Source of the DNA: Enterococcus phage VFW | Sequence record: LT546029.1 | Strand: one strand, 5' to 3' | Length of the DNA stretch: 32,000 bases | Notes under the pieces: model-generated | What the model saw: the letters and a program-made list of their open reading frames with translations, nothing else | The model's database searches: none | What the model was told of the DNA's origin: nothing | In this document: positions 17,632 through 25,600 of the stretch, piece by piece | Position numbering within the stretch: the stretch's first letter is position 1 | Layout: the number at the start of each line of letters is the position of its first letter | Program-made: the position numbers and the translations under genes

Positions 17632-18048
17632 ATGAAAATTAAAATCAATATGTTTAGTGATGAAGAAATTTACCAACCAAAAAGAGCGCATTATAATGAT
17701 GCTGGAGCTGATGTTCGCTCGACTGAAGAATTACTAATTTGGCCAGGCGAAACTAGAAAAATTCCATTAGGTTTTGGATTAGAATTACCAGATGGATATA
17801 TGGGAGTTATGATGAGTCGTTCCGGATTAGCTTCAAAAGGATTAGTTTCGCAAAATGCTCCTGTTGATTCTGGATATAAAGGCCAAGTACACGCAATTAT
17901 GACAAATGTTTCAGATGAAGTTATTAAAATTGAAAAATATGATAGAATTGCCCAATTAGTAATTATTCCAGTTATGGTTGCAGATTTTGTCACAGAAACA
18001 GGTAGCGAAAGAACTAGTGATGGTTTTGGAAGTACCGGCTTAAAATAG
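17632..18048 (+). CDS. Trimeric dUTPase-superfamily nucleotidohydrolase with divergent motif III (possible dCTP/dUTP pyrophosphatase)
   Basis: DAGADV, SRSGLASKG, NAPVDSGYKGQ, RIAQLVI, SDGFGSTG motifs. Confidence 0.8.
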   Translation: MKIKINMFSDEEIYQPKRAHYNDAGADVRSTEELLIWPGETRKIPLGFGLELPDGYMGVMMSRSGLASKGLVSQNAPVDSGYKGQVHAIMTNVSDEVIKIEKYDRIAQLVIIPVMVADFVTETGSERTSDGFGSTGLK

Positions 18049-18057
18049 GAGGATTAT

Positions 18058-19116
18058 ATGGAAATTTTATTATTGAATGTCGCAAATAACATTACAGATT
18101 TTCGAACTGTATCAAGTGGGGAAACAGTTTACTTAAAACAAATGTTGGAACAATTAGGCCATGGAGTTACAATTGCTTCTAATAAAAATGGTGAATATGC
18201 AGTTGCGTTCGAGGAAATTGAGGATATTAATAATTTTGACAAAGTTGTTGTTTTACCTGCCTCATTAAACTTTTTTGGTGGAGTTGAAAACCCAACAATC
18301 ATTAAAAATTATAAATTATTAGCAAAATACAATGGAACAATTAATATTTTGCAAACAGATGCTCGATTGCCATTTAAACAATTGTGGCCAGCAATTGAAA
18401 AACGTGGATGGGGATATAGTAAAGAGGAAGTTTGGATTAATGCTCCAATTAAAGTAATTGCTCAATCAAAAAATTTAGATGAAGTGAAAACACAATATGA
18501 AAAAGAAATTTTCAATGATATTGAATTCACTCATTTCCCAATTGAGCGTTATGCTGGTATTGTGGCATTAATGAACCCAATTGATGAAGTAACTGAAAAA
18601 GAGCATGATTTAGTTTATTACGGTTCTTTCCGTGGAGGTAACCGTGCTGCAAAAATGGCAGAATTTTTATGTGGAAACATTGTAGAAAAATTAGATGTCC
18701 ACGTATTTGGAACAATTAGAGAAAAGCAACTAGCTAAAAGTAGCGATGGTCCATTTCCTTCGTTTGGTAAAAAGATGAAAATGAATGAAATTAGACAAGA
18801 GGTTAGCAAAAGTTTCTCAACTTTAATTATTGGCGAAAAATTTTATAATAATGCAATGTTGACAGTGAGGGTTTGGGAAACTTTAAGTAGCGACGCTGTA
18901 GTTCTCATTGACAATGATTTTGACTCTTACCACAATCTATTTCCTAATTCTCCATGGCGATATGTTGAAAAAGAAGAAGATCTTATCAACGTCGTAAAAT
19001 CTCTTAAGGATGATGAAAATAAGAGAAAATTAGCGATTCAAGAGCAAAAAGAAGTATTAGAAAAAATGATTGATTCTTCTCAATGGTTAAGAGATTTTGA
19101 AAATATTTTAGCTTAA
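18058..19116 (+). CDS. bgt: DNA beta-glucosyltransferase homolog (T4 Bgt-like)
   Basis: Near end-to-end by-eye alignment to T4 beta-GT: NNITDFRTVSSGETVYL, SLNFFGG, TDARLPFKQLWP, APIKVIAQSKNLD, YYGSFRGGNRAAKMAEF, LIIGEKFYN, RVWETLSSDAVVLID. Confidence 0.92.
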   Translation: MEILLLNVANNITDFRTVSSGETVYLKQMLEQLGHGVTIASNKNGEYAVAFEEIEDINNFDKVVVLPASLNFFGGVENPTIIKNYKLLAKYNGTINILQTDARLPFKQLWPAIEKRGWGYSKEEVWINAPIKVIAQSKNLDEVKTQYEKEIFNDIEFTHFPIERYAGIVALMNPIDEVTEKEHDLVYYGSFRGGNRAAKMAEFLCGNIVEKLDVHVFGTIREKQLAKSSDGPFPSFGKKMKMNEIRQEVSKSFSTLIIGEKFYNNAMLTVRVWETLSSDAVVLIDNDFDSYHNLFPNSPWRYVEKEEDLINVVKSLKDDENKRKLAIQEQKEVLEKMIDSSQWLRDFENILA

Positions 19117-19138
19117 CGGTTTACGTTAAGCTTTTTTT
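19110..19138 (+). terminator. Terminator overlapping the bgt stop and promoter P12
   Basis: AGCTTAACG-GTTTA-CGTTAAGCT perfect 9-bp stem followed by TTTTTT. Confidence 0.85.
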
Positions 19139-19148
19139 ATGATATAAT
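19120..19148 (+). promoter_or_regulatory. Promoter P12 (-35 TTTACG 19120-19125, TATAAT 19143-19148)
   Basis: 17-nt spacer. Confidence 0.8.
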
Positions 19149-19187
19149 ATAACTATAAATAAATTAGAAAGAAATGGAGAGAAATTT

Positions 19188-19712
19188 ATGACAGTTCAGT
19201 TTAAAGCGAAAGGACATGAAGATAACATTATTCACTTATATTCAGATGGTGGTTGTCGTTCAACTGCTAAAAAAGGTGAAACTATAAAAGAAACAGATAA
19301 AAGTGCTTATGCGTTTTTCTTAAAACAAGGTGGAAATGAAAAATTAGATGGTAAAGCAAGTTATGGTAAAACAAATAATAATCAAGAAATTATGGGGTTA
19401 TTGATGGGTTTAAGAGCTATTAAGCGCCCAGAATTTCCAGTTGTAGCATATTTAGATTCAGCATATGTTGTTAATTGTTTACAAGCTGGCTGGTGGAAGA
19501 AGTGGAAAGCAAATGGATGGACTAAAAAAGGTGGATTAGCAAATGCTAAAGAATGGAAAGAATTAATCGAAGAATTAGAACGTTTTCCATTTTTTAGAAT
19601 TGAAAAAGTTAAAGGGCACAGCGGTTTTGCAGATTATAACGATTTAGTTGATAGACATTTAAATAAATTGATGGATGAGTTACCAGAAATTGGAAAGGGA
19701 AATGTATTATGA
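19188..19712 (+). CDS. rnhA-like: Ribonuclease HI
   Basis: YSDGGCRS, NNQEIMGLLMGL, YLDSAYVV, KVKGHSG, NDLVDRHLN catalytic motifs. Confidence 0.85.
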   Translation: MTVQFKAKGHEDNIIHLYSDGGCRSTAKKGETIKETDKSAYAFFLKQGGNEKLDGKASYGKTNNNQEIMGLLMGLRAIKRPEFPVVAYLDSAYVVNCLQAGWWKKWKANGWTKKGGLANAKEWKELIEELERFPFFRIEKVKGHSGFADYNDLVDRHLNKLMDELPEIGKGNVL

Positions 19713-20671
19713 TATATTATGGAGAGCCATATTTTGAATTATTTTCATATGAGGCGACTGATAAAGCAAGAAACGACACTTGTAAAATACTAAACTCCAT
19801 GGGGTATTCACCTTTAAAATTATCTTGTTTTTCAGGTGTGAACATTGAGAAAGCTGATGAAGAATTGGCTAACATTGAGGAAAATGACATAATTCTCTTA
19901 CAGTATCCAACTTATTGTGGAGCTGATTATGAAAAGAGATTAATTGAAATTTCTCATAAGAAAAAAGCAAAAATTGGCGCAATTGTTCACGATCTAGAAT
20001 CTATAAGATTCTATGGAAATGATAGCGACATTGAGATTTTAAATGGCTTTGATATTATTTCACTTCCCTCCATGGAGATGTATAAAAAACTCTTAAAACA
20101 AGGACTAAAAACAAAAGTAAAGATACAATTGATTTGGGATTTTCTCGCCATGGATAATCAACAATGGTATGACACAAATTCAGACATTGTCTTTGCAGGT
20201 AATTTAACAATGGAAAAGAGTAAATGGATAATGGATGTAGATTTTCCTATGTTAGTATATGGAGACAATATCAATAATTTAACTTTTAATGATGGCGTAA
20301 AATATTGTGGTAAAAAACATGACTCAGATTTAGTGAAAGAAATTGGTGGACAAATTGGGTTATTATGGGAAGAAGGATTATATAAAGATTATTTAAAATA
20401 TAATTTATCATTTAAGCCTTCTTTATATCTTGCAGCAAATTGCCCAATTATTGTTCCAGCGAAAACACATATTGGAAATATTGTTGAAACTTATAAAATA
20501 GGTGTAACTGTTAAAAATATTGAAAGACAAACAATGTTAGATGCTGTTATTAAATTAAAAGATAATTTGAATTTTTATCAAGAACGCGTCTCAAATTTTG
20601 GTAAAACAATAAGAAGTGGATTAAATATGAAAACGTTAGTTGAAAGCATGGTGAGAGAAATTGAAAATTGA
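19709..20671 (+). CDS. Gtf3-like glycosyltransferase, candidate second sugar transferase
   Basis: GLLWEEGLYKDYLKYNLSFKPSLYLAANCPIIVPAKTHIGNIVETYKIGVTV resembles the donor-site region of Gtf3-type sugar transferases. Located beside bgt. Confidence 0.6.
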   Translation: MIYYGEPYFELFSYEATDKARNDTCKILNSMGYSPLKLSCFSGVNIEKADEELANIEENDIILLQYPTYCGADYEKRLIEISHKKKAKIGAIVHDLESIRFYGNDSDIEILNGFDIISLPSMEMYKKLLKQGLKTKVKIQLIWDFLAMDNQQWYDTNSDIVFAGNLTMEKSKWIMDVDFPMLVYGDNINNLTFNDGVKYCGKKHDSDLVKEIGGQIGLLWEEGLYKDYLKYNLSFKPSLYLAANCPIIVPAKTHIGNIVETYKIGVTVKNIERQTMLDAVIKLKDNLNFYQERVSNFGKTIRSGLNMKTLVESMVREIEN

Positions 20672-20918
20672 AATGTATGTTTTTGATAAAGTTGAGGTTG
20701 ATTATGAAAATTTTACCGACACAGAATATGGAGAACAATGTAAAATTTATCGATTCTCCCAAGTTGGCCTAAACTCGGAAATAAAATCAAAAATTTATTC
20801 AATTAAATTTAGAAAATTATTAAAATATCAATGGTATGTTGATTTACAAATTTGGATTATGAAAATGAGAAAGAAAACATTTGTGCAAAATGCATTAGGA
20901 AGGGAATACCATGGATGA
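20661..20918 (+). CDS. Hypothetical protein
   Basis: ORF overlapping the previous stop. Confidence 0.45.
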   Translation: MKIEMYVFDKVEVDYENFTDTEYGEQCKIYRFSQVGLNSEIKSKIYSIKFRKLLKYQWYVDLQIWIMKMRKKTFVQNALGREYHG

Positions 20919-21102
20919 AAAAACTAGGCTGATTAATAGACAAGAAGAATTATCAGCACGATTAGAAGGTTTAAAATTTGCGGAAAAATGGATAAAAATT
21001 TTTGGGCCTCTAAATGAAGATAATGTTCAAAAAGAAATTAAAACAACTATGGAGTTAATGGATGATAATTTAGCTAAATTGGAGGAAATTATATATGGTT
21101 GA
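20911..21102 (+). CDS. Small hypothetical coiled-coil protein
   Basis: ORF overlapping its neighbours. Confidence 0.5.
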   Translation: MDEKTRLINRQEELSARLEGLKFAEKWIKIFGPLNEDNVQKEIKTTMELMDDNLAKLEEIIYG

Positions 21103-21190
21103 AATATTAATTGATTTTTTATTGGTTTTTCCCGCGATAATTCTTATTATTTTATTTGCGGCTGTTTTAGCAATTATTAGTGAAATTTAA
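21095..21190 (+). CDS. 31-aa single-span membrane peptide
   Basis: MVEILIDFLLVFPAIILIILFAAVLAIISEI. Preceded by TTGGAGG. Confidence 0.5.
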   Translation: MVEILIDFLLVFPAIILIILFAAVLAIISEI

Positions 21191-21203
21191 AGGAGAATGA
21201 AAA

Positions 21204-21812
21204 ATGGCAAAATTTACATTTATGTATGGAACTATGAAAAGCGGAAAAAGTATGGAGTTAATTAAAACTTATACAAATTATTTAGTAAAAGATCAAAAAC
21301 CATTGGTATTAAAAAGTGCAATTGATACACGTGACTCCAATACGGTTGCTACGCGACTAGGCTCTGCAATTACATGTCAGCTATTAGGACAAAATCAAAA
21401 TATTGCAGATTTTTTACAACAAGATGGTCGTAATAATCCTCCTGTTATTTTGATTGATGAAGCACAATTTTTAACAAAATCACAAGTTATCGAATGTGGT
21501 GTTCTAGTTGATACGCAAAATATTGATGTAATATGCTTTGGTTTGAAAACTGATTTTACTAATCATTTATTCGAAGGAAGTAAAGCTTTAATTGAAGAAG
21601 CTGATAAATTAGTGGAAATTAAAACATTATGCGCTTTTTGTAATAAAAAAGCAACCCATAATTTATTAACTGAATTAAGAGAAGATGGTTATCGTTATGC
21701 TGTTGATTCAGAAAATGTCGATGGAAATATTGTGATTGGTGATGAAGACTTTTTCCAATGCTGCAGAAAACATTATTATTTTTATGGAACTCAAACAAGG
21801 AAAGTGCAATAA
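21204..21812 (+). CDS. tdk: Thymidine kinase
   Basis: FMYGTMKSGKSMELIK, VILIDEAQFL, zinc-binding CAFCNKKATH, DGYRYAVDSE. Confidence 0.9.
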   Translation: MAKFTFMYGTMKSGKSMELIKTYTNYLVKDQKPLVLKSAIDTRDSNTVATRLGSAITCQLLGQNQNIADFLQQDGRNNPPVILIDEAQFLTKSQVIECGVLVDTQNIDVICFGLKTDFTNHLFEGSKALIEEADKLVEIKTLCAFCNKKATHNLLTELREDGYRYAVDSENVDGNIVIGDEDFFQCCRKHYYFYGTQTRKVQ

Positions 21813-21813
21813 T

Positions 21814-22056
21814 ATGAAAATAGAAAAAGAAAAATTAAAACATGTTATTAAAGAACTAGAATATGAAGTTGAATTTAATTCTCCAATTCCAGGAATAATT
21901 AATAATGAAAATATTGTTGTTGATTGGGAAGATATAATGGAAGATGATGAGGAAGATTTATGCGAAATTTGTGGCTGTGAACATATTGATTCATGGGAAG
22001 CAGGTGCATGTTGGTCTTCACATAATGACCCTGATTATGACCCATTCGACATTTAG
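21814..22056 (+). CDS. Small acidic zinc-ribbon-like protein
   Basis: DLCEICGCEHIDSWEAGACW. The ATG at 21814 is a more plausible start than 21736. Confidence 0.5.
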   Translation: MKIEKEKLKHVIKELEYEVEFNSPIPGIINNENIVVDWEDIMEDDEEDLCEICGCEHIDSWEAGACWSSHNDPDYDPFDI

Positions 22057-22066
22057 GAGGAATATT

Positions 22067-22282
22067 ATGAAAGCATTAGTAATGCAAGTGCTAGGATTAT
22101 TAGAAAGAATTGATGAAGATAATAAATATGTAATTTTTGATGAAATTGGTAGAATTGTTTCAGGAAATGAAAAATATCTATCTTTTAAAGTCGATTATCA
22201 TATTAATTTTCCTGATTATTATTCATTTGTATATGTAGATGATGATGGTAACTTGAAACAAGAAACCGGAATAGTTTATTAA
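22067..22282 (+). CDS. Small hypothetical protein
   Basis: ATG 22067 preceded by AGGAGG. The ORF track start at 21944 is probably too early. Confidence 0.5.
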   Translation: MKALVMQVLGLLERIDEDNKYVIFDEIGRIVSGNEKYLSFKVDYHINFPDYYSFVYVDDDGNLKQETGIVY

Positions 22283-22299
22283 AAAATGTAAAAAAACTG

Positions 22300-22328
22300 T
22301 TTACAAACAGATCTGCTTAGTGTATAAT
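22300..22328 (+). promoter_or_regulatory. Promoter P13 (TTTACA 22300-22305, TATAAT 22323-22328)
   Basis: 17-nt spacer. Confidence 0.85.
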
Positions 22329-22382
22329 ATATTTATAGTTAATAAACAAACTAAAATATTTTAACAAGAAAGAGGTAGTATT

Positions 22383-22571
22383 ATGTTAGAAACAGTTGAA
22401 GAGATCGTAGAATATTTATGGAAAAAGGTTGATCAATACGAAAAAGAAATTGAAGTTATTAAAAAGAAAATTTCTGTTTCGGGTGAAAACGAAAAAGATT
22501 TAGCAAATCTAAAAGGTTATCAATGGATTTTAGCTGACACGATGGAATTAATTTCGTCAATTAAAAAATAA
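22383..22571 (+). CDS. Small hypothetical coiled-coil protein
   Basis: ORF after GAAAGAGGTAG. Confidence 0.5.
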   Translation: MLETVEEIVEYLWKKVDQYEKEIEVIKKKISVSGENEKDLANLKGYQWILADTMELISSIKK

Positions 22572-22580
22572 TATTTTTAG

Positions 22581-22612
22581 AAAAAAGACTGTTTACAAAA
22601 CAGTCTTTTTTT
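22581..22612 (+). terminator. Terminator overlapping P14
   Basis: AAAAAAGACTGTTT-ACA-AAACAGTCTTTTTT perfect 14-bp inverted repeat. Confidence 0.85.
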
Positions 22613-22620
22613 GATATAAT
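22592..22620 (+). promoter_or_regulatory. Promoter P14 (TTTACA 22592-22597, TATAAT 22615-22620)
   Basis: 17-nt spacer. Confidence 0.85.
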
Positions 22621-22653
22621 ATAAATATAAATTAATAGAAAAGAGGTAGATTA

Positions 22654-25600
22654 ATGAGCTGGCACAATGGTTGGTTTAGTATCCATAATCATTCACATTT
22701 TAGCAATTTTCGTTTAAGAGATGCGACAAACTCGCCACAGGATATTTTAAAAGTCGCTAATAACAAAGGGTTGAAAGGAATTGTATTATCAGACCACGAA
22801 ACGATAGCTGGTGCACCAGTATTTCTAGACGCTGCGAAAAAAATGAAAGAAAAAGGCGAATTACCAGAAGATTTTGTAGCGGCAATTGGAAATGAAGCAT
22901 ATTTAATTGATCGTAAATATGAGGAACCAATGAAAAATCAAGAAAAAGTTAAATATTTTCATTTTTTAATGGTTGCAAAAAATCAACGTGGTTTTGAATT
23001 TTTGAAAAAACAAACAGCTAAAGCGTGGGAAAACAGCACGTATTCAAGAGGTATGGAACGTGTTCCAACGTTTAAAGATGAATTAGCTGAACTAATGAAA
23101 GAATATAAAGGCGATGTAATTGCGTCAACTGCATGTATTGGTGGAGAATTGCCACAATTAGTTCTTAAATTAGAAAAAGCAGAACAAGAAGCAGATGCAA
23201 TGCGAATTGGAGTAATAAAAAGAGAGATTCATTATTTTATTGAATTTTTAGTTAATACTTTTGGACATGATAATGTATTTTTTGAATTACAACCGTCAAA
23301 ACAAGATGAACAATTGATTGTTAATAAATGGTTACCAAAAATTGCAGAAGAATATAACATTAAATGTATTGTTACAACAGATGCGCATTATCTTACATTA
23401 GAGCAGCAAGAATTTCATAAACAATATTTACAAGCTTCAGAAGGTGAACGTGAAGTAGAATCTTTTTATGCAACAACATATATTTTCTCATATGATGAAC
23501 TGTTAGAATATTTTGATGAAGAATTATTAAATGAATTGTGTAAAAACACATTGATTATTAGAGATATGGTTAATAACGAATTAAAATATAAACATGAAAC
23601 AGTTATTCCACGATCTCATATTCCACATTTCGAACAAGATGAAAGTGTTATGCAAAAAATTGATGAAGCAAAATATCCGAATATTTATAAAATGATGAGA
23701 TCTTCAGTTATTGAAGATAGATATTATCATTTTAAAGTTATGAAAGGCTTCGTTGAAAAGGAACAAGAATTTAATGAAGAAAATTTAAGTAGGATTGATT
23801 TAGAATATGGTGAGCTTCAAGCAATTAGTGAACAATTAAATCAACCAATGACTTCATATTTCTTAGCAATGACAGAATTTGTTGATATTATGTGGGAATA
23901 TTCATTAGTTGGTGTTGGCCGTGGTTCTGCTGTATGTTATTATACAAATTATTTATTAGATATTGTTCAATTAAATCCAATTAAATATGATTTACCATAT
24001 TGGAGATTTTTATCACGAGAATATGTTGGAGAATTTCCAGATATTGACGTTGATGCTCAAGGTAGTGAACGTGCAAATATTATTGAAGGTGTAAAAGAAA
24101 AATTTGGACATGAAAATGTGTTGAATATTGGAACATATACAACTGAAGGACCTCGAGCTGCATCATTAACCGCATGTCGTGCGTTTGGTTTAGACCCAGA
24201 TACGGCACAAAATATCACAAATGCAATTCCGAGTGATAAAGGTTTTGCATGGCCGTTACAAGATGCATTTTTCGGAAATGAAAAAGAACACAGAAAACCA
24301 GATAAACAATTTATTTATATGGTAAATGAATATCCAGGACTGCAGGAGTTAATGTTACAATCTCAAGGTTTAGTAAGTGGACGTGGGCAACATGCTTCAG
24401 GTGTTGTTGTTTTTCCAGACGGATATACTTCTTTAAACACAATGATGAAGACAAGTAAAGGGTTACCAATCACTCAGTGGGATGCACATACAACTGAGGT
24501 TGCTGGTGGAATTAAATATGACTTTTTATCAATTAATGCATTAGATAGAATTAGAGCTGCAATAGATATGTTGTTAAAAGATGGTAAAATTGAATGGCAA
24601 GGTTCGTTACAAGAAACATTTAATAAATATTTTCACCCGGACGTTTTAGATATGGAAAGTCAAGAAATGTTTGACATGTTGTTTAATGGAGAAATTATTT
24701 CAGCTTTTCAGTTTGAAGCAAAAACTGGTAGACAGGCATTGGAAAAAATTAATGCTCGAACATTTGACCAACTAGTCGCAGCAAATTCATTAATGCGTTT
24801 ATCTTCTGATGGTGAACAACCAATTGATAAATATATTCGTTATAAAAATGATTTAAATGAATGGGAAAAAGATATGGACGAATATAATTTAACTGAAGAT
24901 GAAAAAGCAGTTATGCACGAATTATTAGATAAAAAATTTGGTGTATGTGAAGTTCAAGAATCAATTATGAAAATTGCAATGCATGATAAAGTGGCAAAAT
25001 ATAATTTAAGAGAAGCAAAAGGATTGCGTAAAGCTTCAGCTAAAAAAGACCCAACAATTCAAGTAAAACAAAAAGAATTATTCTTTAAAAAAGGTAGAGA
25101 AAATGGAACTAGTGATAATTTATTAAATTATATTTGGAATGAATGTTATGTTCCAACATTTGGTTATTCATTTTCAGAACCACACGTAGCAGCATACACA
25201 ATGATTTTAATGATTGAAATGAATATTGCATATAGATATGGTGTTCATTATTGGAAAGCAGCATGTTTAAATGTTGATGCAGGAATTATTGGAGAACTTG
25301 AAGCAGGAACAAAATATGGTAAAGTTGCAAAAGCATTATCGAATTTTCGTGAAGATGTAATTCCGCCATCAGTCAATAAAAGCGACATTGGTTTCACTCC
25401 TGATCAAAACACAGGCAAAATTATGTATGGATTAAAACCAATTGTTGGTATGAATAGTAGATTAGCAAAACAAATTATCGATGGTCGACCATATAATAAC
25501 ATGCAACAATTTATTGATCATAATGTTATAAATGGTGATTTAACAAATACGAAAATGGTGACATTAATAAAGAGTGGATTATTTGATGAATTATATCCAA

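Noticed and set aside
18058-20671. Glycosyltransferases as cell-wall or teichoic acid modifying enzymes
   Set aside because: The first is specifically T4 Bgt-like and lies next to the hydroxymethylase. For the second GT this alternative cannot be excluded.
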